This document shows, piece by piece, positions 56,605 through 64,000 of a stretch of 64,000 nt of DNA. This DNA comes from Saprospira grandis (lineage in GTDB: Bacteria > Bacteroidota > Bacteroidia > Chitinophagales > Saprospiraceae): NCBI RefSeq assembly GCF_027594745.1, contig NZ_CP110854.1:1180241-1244240 (forward strand). Direction: 5' to 3'. The notes beneath the pieces were generated by a model. The model did not search any database. It was not told where the DNA came from and was given only the letters and a program-made list of their open reading frames with translations. The translations under genes were made by a program, and so were the position numbers. The stretch's first letter is position 1; the number at the start of each line of letters is the position of its first letter.

Positions 56605-58719
56605 TTGACTGTTAGGAGTCAGATATCCTTTTTTTATCTCCAATTCCCCGTAGCCTTAGGGCTATCGACCGAGAACTTAACTATGCCTGCTCCCCGTTTC
56701 CTATTTTTTTTCCCGGAGACCAAACGCCAAGCGAGACTAGAAGAAACGCTTTTGTGTTTGGGTAGCTTTTGGACCATGCTCATCTGTTTGGCGTATTGGG
56801 TCCTTAGCTTCTCCTATGACTATCAGGAAGCGACGCCTATTGGGGCTTTATTGGGTGGTTTGGCTTATTTGGGGCTCTTTTTATGGATAAAGTTTAGGGC
56901 CTTTTCGCCTTGGTTATCCTTTATCTATATTCTCATTTCGCTTAGTTTACTGGATGGGCTTTGGATGATGGTGGGGGGCATTTACAGTGACTTGCCCATA
57001 TTGTTATTGTTGGCCTTTTTTGCTTCTTTGATGATTTCGGCCAAGGGGTGGTTATGGTTGGCCATGCTGCTCAACTTTAGCAACTTTGCCTTTTTGTTAG
57101 TTTTGCACCTTTATTTTCCAGAGAGCATCAACTATCATCCGCCAGCTGCAGAGGTAGCTTTTACCAGTTTTACGAGTTTGGGAGTGGCTTTATTTTCGGT
57201 TTGGGTATTGATGGGCATCTTAAAGGAGCGCTATCAACTGAGTCAGGAACAATTGGAAGAAAAAAACATGGCCTTAAGAGATGCCAGCCAGGCCAAGTCT
57301 CAGTTTTTGGCCCAGATGAGCCATGAAATCCGGACCCCCATGAATGGGATGTTGGGCATGGCCCAGCTCCTGCTAGACGGTCCACTAAGCGAAGAGCAAC
57401 AAGAATATGCGCAGACCCTCAAACAAAGCGGCGAGCAGCTTTTGCAGATTGTCAATGAGATTTTGGATTACTCTAAGTTAGAGGCGGGAGGCTGGCATTT
57501 GCAGGAGCAAGAATTTGAGTTGGAGCGGGCCGTAGAGGAGGCCATGAATATTGCGGTGTCTAGGGCCTTAGCCAAGGGATTGAGCTTGCGTTATTTTCCA
57601 GATGCCCATTTGCCAGAGCAGCTCATTGGAGATGCGACAAAGATTCGGCAAATGCTATTAAATTTATTGGACAACGCCATTAAGTTTAGTCATCAGGGCT
57701 GCATCTCTATTTATCTATCCAAATTGCGGGAAGAAGAAGATCGAGTTTGGGTAGAATTTCGCTTAACGGATCAGGGTGTGGGGATTCCCAAAGCCAAGCA
57801 AAGCGATTTATTTAAAGAGTTTTCTCAACTGTCCAATCAGCAGGCGCATAGCAGCTCGGGCACGGGTTTGGGCCTAGCCATTGTTCGGCAATTGGCCGAG
57901 CAGATGGGCGGCCGTGTTGGTGTAGATAGTGCAGCTGGACAAGGAGCTAGTTTTTACTTTCATTTGCCCTTACAAAAAGCAGCCTCCAAGTCGGCCAGTT
58001 TATTTAAGGGCAAACGGCTCTTTTTGTTGAGCAAAAACAAGGATGCCGCTCGTTTTTTCAAGGCTATTTGTCAGCGTTGGGAGATGGAATACTTTCAGTT
58101 TTGGGAGCCCGATGCCAGTCATCAGGCTGCGGAGCTAGACATTATTCCCGCTCCTGATTTTGTCTTTTTTGATAGCCAGTTACAAGATCCTGAAGAGGTG
58201 TTGAGTTGGCCTTGTCCCCAGTTTTTGATTTTAGCATTAGGCGAAGATCGGAAGCTCAGCCGCAACTTTCAAGCAGCACTTTCTGCCCCTTTGCGCCCGC
58301 TCCGAATCAAGCAGTTATTGCTCAAGCAAATGTCGGTGGTCCAAGAGGAAAAGGAGGAGGGGCCTAGCTGGCCATGGACCAATAAAAGGATACTTTTGGC
58401 CGAGGATAATAAGATCAATCAGCGTTTGATGCAACAAATTTTGGAGCGAATGGGGCTTTGGTTGCATATTGTACAAAATGGGCAGGAAGCCCTTGACTTT
58501 TTGGCCCAAGAAGAGGTAGATCTTATTTTTATGGATCTACAAATGCCCGTTTTAGATGGGCGAACAGCCAGCCAAGAAATTCGAGCTCAACAGATTAAAA
58601 CGCCCATTATTGCGCTTAGCGGAGAAGAGGAAAGCCCTATTCAGGGCATCAATGGCTTTTTGCAAAAGCCCATTGCGCGAGAAGAACTAGAGGCTTGTTT
58701 GCGCCAGTTTTTTTGCTAG
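56605..58719 (+). CDS. Hybrid sensor histidine kinase / response regulator with polytopic membrane sensor domain
   Basis: At least 6 N-terminal TM helices. HisKA H-box AQMSHEIRTPMNGMLGMAQLL. HATPase_c G-boxes GTGLGLAIVRQLAEQMGGRVGVDS. C-terminal REC domain ILLAEDNKINQRLMQQIL...DLIFMDLQMPVLDG. Confidence 0.85.
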   Translation: MTVRSQISFFYLQFPVALGLSTENLTMPAPRFLFFFPETKRQARLEETLLCLGSFWTMLICLAYWVLSFSYDYQEATPIGALLGGLAYLGLFLWIKFRAFSPWLSFIYILISLSLLDGLWMMVGGIYSDLPILLLLAFFASLMISAKGWLWLAMLLNFSNFAFLLVLHLYFPESINYHPPAAEVAFTSFTSLGVALFSVWVLMGILKERYQLSQEQLEEKNMALRDASQAKSQFLAQMSHEIRTPMNGMLGMAQLLLDGPLSEEQQEYAQTLKQSGEQLLQIVNEILDYSKLEAGGWHLQEQEFELERAVEEAMNIAVSRALAKGLSLRYFPDAHLPEQLIGDATKIRQMLLNLLDNAIKFSHQGCISIYLSKLREEEDRVWVEFRLTDQGVGIPKAKQSDLFKEFSQLSNQQAHSSSGTGLGLAIVRQLAEQMGGRVGVDSAAGQGASFYFHLPLQKAASKSASLFKGKRLFLLSKNKDAARFFKAICQRWEMEYFQFWEPDASHQAAELDIIPAPDFVFFDSQLQDPEEVLSWPCPQFLILALGEDRKLSRNFQAALSAPLRPLRIKQLLLKQMSVVQEEKEEGPSWPWTNKRILLAEDNKINQRLMQQILERMGLWLHIVQNGQEALDFLAQEEVDLIFMDLQMPVLDGRTASQEIRAQQIKTPIIALSGEEESPIQGINGFLQKPIAREELEACLRQFFC

Positions 58720-58758
58720 CTTTGCGCTATTATTTTCACGCATCCTCCCCTCCTAATC

Positions 58759-60234
58759 ATGAAAGTTACTGCAGAAAAAATAGCCCTTTATAGTCTTGGA
58801 TTTCTTTTTTGTATTCTGCTGCTCTACAAGGCGGTCAAGATGAGTATGACTCATGATGAAGCCGCTACTTTTTTGGTCTATACCAAATGGTCTATTTATG
58901 ATATCTGGACCAATTCGGGCCCCAATCCCACGGCCAACAACCACCTACTCAACACCTTATTGATTAAATTTTTGGTGCAGCTCTTTGGCGATCATCAGTT
59001 GGTGGTTCGCCTTAGCAATATTTTAGCGGGATTCAGTTTTCTCTATTTCTCTGGGCGCCTGATGCAACAGGTTTTTGAGCCCAAAAATAAGCTTTTGGTC
59101 CTTTTGGGCTTCAGCCTGCTGCTGATGAATAATTATCAGTTTGATTTTTTTGCCGTGGCTCGCGGCTATGGCTTGTCTATGGGCTTTTTTATGCCTGCGA
59201 TCTATTTTTCGCTGCAGGCGGTCGCCAATTCTTCTATCCGAAGTTGGAGCTGGGCGGTCGGCCTTTGTCTGCTGGCGGTTTTGGCCAATTTTAGTAGCCT
59301 GGTTTTTTGTATCGCCTTGCTGGGCAGCGCGCTGCTGCTGGCGCTCAAAAAAGAGCGAAACTGGCGGTTTTTGGGCCAAATTCTGGGTATTGCTAGTCTG
59401 GCGGCCCTCGTTTTAGGGCTGGCCATTGCCCCTGCCATCATTCGCCTCATCGAGTTTGAGCAGCTCTATTTTGGGGGAGATAATGGCTTTTTTCAAGATA
59501 CTATAGGCAGCTTGGCCCGATCCTATACACACAATATTTCCTTTTTGCATTCGCCCAAATATATCCATTGGGGCTTTGGGTTTCTGCTTGTTTTTGCCGC
59601 TGCCCGCCTGCTTTTTTCGCTTGTCAAAGAGAAAAGTCAGGGCCCTACTCTTTTCATTCAATTGGGTTTATCCTGCCTTTTGGCTAGCTGCATCGGCCAT
59701 CTTTTGCTCCATCTCCTTTTCGATGTCAAGTTTCTGATGCAACGGACCGCCCTAATTTATTTTCCCCTACTGCAGTTTTCGCTCATTAGCCTGCTGTATA
59801 GCCTTTATCAGGCTTTTCCCTTGGCCAAAAAATGGAAAAATACAGCTTTGGTCTTCGCCAGCGTTCTAGGCCTAAGCCTTTTTGGCCTCAACTACCGCCC
59901 CAATACCATGACCGAATGGTACTACAATGTAGAGGATAGAAAAATTTTGAGCGAATTGGAGGCGAGCATTCCCCAAAATGAAACCCATACCCTAGGCATT
60001 TGGTGGCTCTTTTTCCCCACTTTCGAGTTCTATCTAGAAACGGGGGTCTATCAAAATATTCAGCTCAATCCACACAATATGCAGCTTGATCTCGAGCAGG
60101 ATTATGACTATTATTTTATCGACCACAATGCAGAACGAGTGGCCGCTTTAAGCGAAAAATACGAACGCTTCAAAAATTACCAACAAGGGATTCTCTTTCG
60201 CCATAAGAACTTTCCCATTCAGAAAAATAACTAG
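58759..60234 (+). CDS. GT-C fold membrane glycosyltransferase (ArnT/PMT, GT39/GT83-like)
   Basis: Polytopic membrane protein. First loop carries the HDEA (DE) motif. NNHLLNTLLIKFLVQLFG resembles the PMT_2 family signature region. Confidence 0.55.
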   Translation: MKVTAEKIALYSLGFLFCILLLYKAVKMSMTHDEAATFLVYTKWSIYDIWTNSGPNPTANNHLLNTLLIKFLVQLFGDHQLVVRLSNILAGFSFLYFSGRLMQQVFEPKNKLLVLLGFSLLLMNNYQFDFFAVARGYGLSMGFFMPAIYFSLQAVANSSIRSWSWAVGLCLLAVLANFSSLVFCIALLGSALLLALKKERNWRFLGQILGIASLAALVLGLAIAPAIIRLIEFEQLYFGGDNGFFQDTIGSLARSYTHNISFLHSPKYIHWGFGFLLVFAAARLLFSLVKEKSQGPTLFIQLGLSCLLASCIGHLLLHLLFDVKFLMQRTALIYFPLLQFSLISLLYSLYQAFPLAKKWKNTALVFASVLGLSLFGLNYRPNTMTEWYYNVEDRKILSELEASIPQNETHTLGIWWLFFPTFEFYLETGVYQNIQLNPHNMQLDLEQDYDYYFIDHNAERVAALSEKYERFKNYQQGILFRHKNFPIQKNN

Positions 60235-60235
60235 T

Positions 60236-60425
60236 GTTTTTTGGGGCTGCCCCGCCCTTTGGGCGGGTCGGGCTATGTCGCAGCTCGCAGGTCTGCTCGG
60301 CCCTGCGGGCTTTTTCGCTTTGCTTCAAAAGCCCTGGGTCTGGCCTTCGGCCACTGCTTTCTATCCCTCAGCCACGTCGCTACGCTCCTATGCGGGCGCT
60401 GCGCGCCCTGCAAAGCTGCAATTGG
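60236..60425 (+). repeat. GC-rich interspersed repeat, copy 19 (forward)
   Basis: Starts 2 bp after the stop: TGTTTTTTGGGGCTGCCCCGCCCTTTGGGCGGGTCGGGCTATGTCGCAGCTCGCAGGTCTGCTCGGCCCTGCGGGC... Confidence 0.85.
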
Positions 60426-60434
60426 ACCAACAGG

Positions 60435-62216
60435 CTAGCGCTTTTTGGGCGGAAAAAGCTCAAAGCGCTTCTGAAAATCTTTCAATAAGCCATTTTGCTT
60501 CAAAAAGTGGACATACTTCTCTCGGTCGGTTGTCGGCCGATGTTTTGGCTTGGGGATATCTTCTTCCTTGGGTTCCTCTATCGTAAATTTGTACTGTAAT
60601 TTGGGCAGACCAAATTCTTCTCGCAACTGATTGAGCAGGGCCTGTTCATCGCCAATAGCGTCTTTTACTCTTTGGCTACTCACCACTAATCCTAGGGCCT
60701 GTTCTTCTTTGGGCAAAACCGTCAATTTAGCCGATCGCAGCAGGGCTTGCATAGAAGGCGACTCCATTTTTTGGGCATAGGCTTCCCAAAGGGCCAAAAC
60801 AGCCTTTTCTTCCCAGCTTTTGTGTACAATTTGCTTTTTGCGCTCTTCTTCCGCCTGAATTTCGGCCTTAAGGGCATCTATGGCCGTTTCTTTTTTCTTT
60901 TTGAGGCGCTCCTTTAAACTCTTTTTAGGCTTTTTTTCCAGTTTTGGCGCTGCCTCCTTGGGCTCTTCTTTGGTTGCAACTACTTTAGGGCTAGTTGTTT
61001 CTTTGGGTTCTTCTTGTTTTTTGCTGGGGGCAGCGCCTTCTTGGACCACTTCCGTCGGCCTACTTTCTACGGTTTGCACATACTGTACAACTTGCTGTGG
61101 AGCCAAAGTTTTGGGCTGTATCGCCCTGCGGATATGGGCCATTTTAATCAGAGCCATTTCTACATGTAGGCGCTTATTTCTGGCCATTTTATAATTCACA
61201 TCGCAGGCGGCGCTCAGGCTCAGGGCCGAAACCAAAATATCTTTGGGCGCCAATTGGGCCTGTTGCTGATAGCGTTGGCGCAGCTTTTCACTAAGGTCCA
61301 AAAGGCCAAGGGTGCTAGCATCTTGGGCCATTAGCAAATTGCGCAAATGCAAAGAAAGGCCATCTAAGAAAATATCGCCATCAAATCCCTTTCGCTGAAT
61401 TTGGTCAAAGATGAGGAGCAATTGCTGCATATCCTCCGCCAAGATGGCATCAATAATCTGAAAGTAATAATCGTAATCTAAAATATTCAGGTTTTCAATG
61501 ACATCCTCATAGCGGATATGGCTGCCTGAAAAACTGACCATGCGGTCAAAAATAGAAAGGGCATCTCGCAGAGCGCCATCGGCCTTTTGGGCAATCATAT
61601 TGAGGGCCTCTTCTTCGGCCTCAATGCCCTCTTCTTGGCAAATTTTGGCCAAATGCGCTCGCATATCGGCTACCTGAATTCGATTAAAGTCAAAAATTTG
61701 ACAGCGAGAGAGAATAGTGGGAATAATTTTATGCTTCTCGGTAGTGGCCAAAATGAAAATGGCATAAGAGGGCGGTTCCTCCAAAGTTTTTAGAAAAGCA
61801 TTAAAGGCCGCCTGAGAAAGCATATGCACCTCATCAATAATATAGATTTTGTAGCGGCCCTTTTGAGGAGCAAAACGCACTTGTTCAATCAAAGAGCGGA
61901 TATGCTCTACCGAGTTATTGGAGGCGGCATCTAGCTCATGAATATTGAGTGAAGCATTTTCTCTAAAGGCTGTGCAAGAAGGGCATTCATCGCAGGGCTC
62001 GGTATCTGAGGTGGGATTTTCACAATTGAGTAATTTGGCCAAGATACGGGCGCAGGTCGTTTTGCCCACCCCTCTAGGGCCACAAAACAAAAAAGCTTGG
62101 GCCAAATGCTCTGAGCGGATGGCATTTTTGAGGGTATTAGAAACATGTTGTTGACCCACCACCGAATCAAAGCGGATGGGACGATATTTGCGGGCGGAAA
62201 CGACGAAATTACTCAT
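60435..62216 (-). CDS. dnaX: DNA polymerase III subunit gamma/tau
   Basis: FLFCGPRGVGKTTCARILAKLLNCE Walker A. Zinc module CDECPSCTAF. Sensor motifs. Lys/Glu-rich linker. Typical DnaX length. Confidence 0.9.
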   Translation of the reverse strand: MSNFVVSARKYRPIRFDSVVGQQHVSNTLKNAIRSEHLAQAFLFCGPRGVGKTTCARILAKLLNCENPTSDTEPCDECPSCTAFRENASLNIHELDAASNNSVEHIRSLIEQVRFAPQKGRYKIYIIDEVHMLSQAAFNAFLKTLEEPPSYAIFILATTEKHKIIPTILSRCQIFDFNRIQVADMRAHLAKICQEEGIEAEEEALNMIAQKADGALRDALSIFDRMVSFSGSHIRYEDVIENLNILDYDYYFQIIDAILAEDMQQLLLIFDQIQRKGFDGDIFLDGLSLHLRNLLMAQDASTLGLLDLSEKLRQRYQQQAQLAPKDILVSALSLSAACDVNYKMARNKRLHVEMALIKMAHIRRAIQPKTLAPQQVVQYVQTVESRPTEVVQEGAAPSKKQEEPKETTSPKVVATKEEPKEAAPKLEKKPKKSLKERLKKKKETAIDALKAEIQAEEERKKQIVHKSWEEKAVLALWEAYAQKMESPSMQALLRSAKLTVLPKEEQALGLVVSSQRVKDAIGDEQALLNQLREEFGLPKLQYKFTIEEPKEEDIPKPKHRPTTDREKYVHFLKQNGLLKDFQKRFELFPPKKR

Positions 62217-62282
62217 AATAATTTAACTTGTAGGGCAAAGATAGGCTTTCTAAAGGAACTTAGAAGCCCTTCTGAATAAGAA

Positions 62283-62528
62283 GAGGGCAAAAACTTCTGC
62301 GGTCCTTTGGCCTAGCGATGTGCAGCAGTGGCCGTCAGGCCAGACCAAGGCGCTGCAAGCGCCGCAGGGCCGAGCGAACAGCGAGCTGCGAAACGTAGCG
62401 CCCGCCGAAGGCGGGAGGCCCCAAAACAACAGCGAGCTGCGAAACGACAACAAGCCCTTTAGGGCGCAGTTCGACGACCAAAGGGAGTAACCGCAGCAAG
62501 GCGAAGCCGCAGCTGAGGCCCCAAAAAA
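62283..62528 (-). repeat. GC-rich interspersed repeat, copy 20 (reverse; with module B)
   Basis: GGCCTAGCGATGTGCAGCAGTGGCCGTCAGGCCAGACC...GGGCCGAGCGAACAGCGAGCTGCGAAACGTAGCGCCCGCCGAAGGCGGGAGGCCCCAAAA...AACGACAACAAGCCCTTTAGGGCGCAGTTCGACGACCAAAGGGAGTAACCGCAGC...GAGGCCCCAAAAAATAAA. Confidence 0.85.
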
Positions 62529-62548
62529 TAAAACAAATCCCCTTAAAT

Positions 62549-63067
62549 ATGCGTATATTTACAGTTATTATTTCATTCTTTTTTTTGCTGAGTTGTTCAT
62601 CTTCCCCAGAAGTTGTGGCTGATCAGCCTGCGCCAGAGCCTGTAGAAAAAGAGGAGGTTGCGGCTCCGCCTGTAGCTGAGCCCAAGCCAGTAGTGGCCAT
62701 AGACAGCAGTGGGCCCAAGCGGGCCAAAAAGCCCAGTTTGCGGCCAGCTTTTCCTCAATTTGATAGTTTGGCCCATGACTTTGGGGAGGTTATTCAGGAT
62801 TCGGTGCTTCGGCATCGCTTTCATTTTGAGAATACTGGAGAGCGGCCTTTAGAGATAGAATCCGTGCAGGGAAGTTGTGGTTGCATACAGGGCAGCCAGC
62901 CATTTTTGCCCATTGGGCCGGGAGAAAAAAGTTATATTGATCTCCGTTTTGATAGTCGGGGACGGCAGGGGGCTGAGTACAAATACCTTTTGGTGAATTG
63001 GAAGGGCAATGAGGAGCCATTGAAGCTAGAAGTCCGGGCAAAAGTCTTGTTAAAAGAGAAAAAATAG
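62549..63067 (+). CDS. DUF1573 domain lipoprotein
   Basis: Lipoprotein signal MRIFTVIISFFFLLSC. HDFGEVIQDSVLRHRFHFENTGERPLEIESVQGSCGCI matches the DUF1573 core. Confidence 0.7.
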   Translation: MRIFTVIISFFFLLSCSSSPEVVADQPAPEPVEKEEVAAPPVAEPKPVVAIDSSGPKRAKKPSLRPAFPQFDSLAHDFGEVIQDSVLRHRFHFENTGERPLEIESVQGSCGCIQGSQPFLPIGPGEKSYIDLRFDSRGRQGAEYKYLLVNWKGNEEPLKLEVRAKVLLKEKK

Positions 63068-63104
63068 TGGTATATTCGAGAAGATAACCAAAAAACTATT
63101 TTCG

Positions 63105-63818
63105 ATGAAAAACTTTATCTTTTTGGCCTTTTTAGGGGCCTTAATTTTGGGACAAACGGCCTGTAAACGCAGTGTAGAAGGCGAGACACAGAGCTGGGAG
63201 GCCAACAAAGGAAATGTACAGAAGCTATCGGCCAAGTACAGTAACTTTAAGCCTGCATTTGAGGAAATCTTGAAAAAAGCGGAGGCTAAAATGACCGAAG
63301 CGCAGGCGATGACTGATGAGAAGGCCAAGATTTCGGCCATGGCGGAGGCCAACTCGATTATTCGGCCCAAATTTGTGCGGGGCTTAGAAGGTATGGACCG
63401 CAAGATTTCTACTTTGGAAGACCTGATGGCCAAGGCTAGTCAGCAATCTAAGGATCATAGCGACCGAGATGCTGCTTGGGCGGCTAAAAGCAGTGGCGAG
63501 CGGGCTATTCGGGAGGCTCGTGAGCTTATTCGCAGCGCCAAAGTGAGCTCGGCAGCAGTAGCCGATGGCATTGTTAGCGATGCCGAGCGGCAGTTAGATT
63601 CGGCCCAAAAGCGCTTGCAAGAAGTGGTTAAAACGGCCCAGAAAAAAGCCGATGAAAAAGAAAAAGCAAAGGCCGATCAGAAAGCAGAAGAAACCGCTAA
63701 GCAAGAAGCTGAAGAGAAAAAAGCTTCGCCTATTAAATGTGGGTACTGTGGTACGATGAATAAAGCCGGCAGCTTAAAATGTAGCTCTTGTGCTGCTCCC
63801 TTAGAGGCCAATAAATAG
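63105..63818 (+). CDS. Lipoprotein with helical/charged middle region and C-terminal zinc-ribbon (CGYCGTMNKAGSLKCSSC)
   Basis: Signal MKNFIFLAFLGALILGQTAC. CxxC...CxxC at the C-terminus. Confidence 0.55.
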   Translation: MKNFIFLAFLGALILGQTACKRSVEGETQSWEANKGNVQKLSAKYSNFKPAFEEILKKAEAKMTEAQAMTDEKAKISAMAEANSIIRPKFVRGLEGMDRKISTLEDLMAKASQQSKDHSDRDAAWAAKSSGERAIREARELIRSAKVSSAAVADGIVSDAERQLDSAQKRLQEVVKTAQKKADEKEKAKADQKAEETAKQEAEEKKASPIKCGYCGTMNKAGSLKCSSCAAPLEANK

Positions 63819-63837
63819 GTGGAACTAAGGGCATAAA

Positions 63838-63876
63838 AAAGCCGCAAAGGAGAAATTCCTTTGCGGCTTTGCTGTT
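63838..63876. terminator. Bidirectional intrinsic terminator shared by convergent genes
   Basis: AAAGCCGCAAAGG-agaaattcc-TTTGCGGCTTT hairpin with A6 upstream and GCTGTTTTTATT downstream. Confidence 0.7.
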
Positions 63877-64000
63877 TTTATTGGCCAAAAATCTGCGCCC
63901 AATAATAGCCCCATTCGCTATCTTCATCGGCAACAAAACCTGCGCCCATAAAGCGGGCATCGGGGTCCAGCATATTTTTAAGATGGCCAGGGCTGTTATA
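63876..64000 (-). CDS. 3' end of a minus-strand gene (partial; unknown product)
   Basis: Reverse-strand frame reads ...YNSPGHLKNMLDPDARFMGAGFVADEDSEWGYYWAQIFGQ* with the stop at 63876-63878, immediately followed by the terminator. The ORF-track entry 63733..63960 is in a different frame and was not used. Confidence 0.4.

Noticed and set aside
1-64000. Prophage, IS element or integrative element
   Set aside because: No integrase, transposase, terminase, capsid or conjugation gene is recognisable. The mobile-looking DNA consists only of non-autonomous small elements.

Overview
This window reads as Bacteroidetes-type chromosomal DNA at about 50% GC, possibly from a Saprospiraceae-like gliding bacterium. 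The evidence is several large secreted proteins ending in T9SS (Por) C-terminal sorting domains, SprB repeats, a complete Bat aerotolerance operon (moxR-DUF58-X-batA-batB-batC-batD'-batD-batE), bshB1, cryptochrome DASH and dnaX. Three things stand out. (1) A bacterial homologue of the eukaryotic major vault protein (30735-33266) lies about 2.6 kb from a secreted WD40-repeat/caspase(C14) fusion protein. (2) A GC-rich (about 68% GC) interspersed repeat family has at least 22 copies (about 6% of the window) in almost every intergenic gap, often starting at the stop codon or terminator of the upstream gene. Its first module is a hairpin whose stem differs between copies by compensatory changes while the UUCG/UUUG loop is kept. 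(3) A 1.25-kb non-coding nest holds a MITE-like element with perfect 20-bp terminal inverted repeats, solo-TIR fragments and a 19-copy 22-bp tandem hairpin array, followed by an AT-rich stretch and an orphan gene. There is also a 12-copy 42-bp tandem array at 54.6 kb, and an alpha/beta-hydrolase (esterase) gene (39482-40457) disrupted by a +1 frameshift in a C8 homopolymer (40300-40307). A GT4-radical SAM/SPASM-O-methyltransferase operon lies divergent to an enhancer-binding-protein-like regulator carrying a GAYTGA variant of the sigma-54 contact motif. One tRNA-Leu(GAG) gene is present. No CRISPR array, transposase, integrase or prophage genes were seen. Product names rest on motif recognition by eye; no database search was run.
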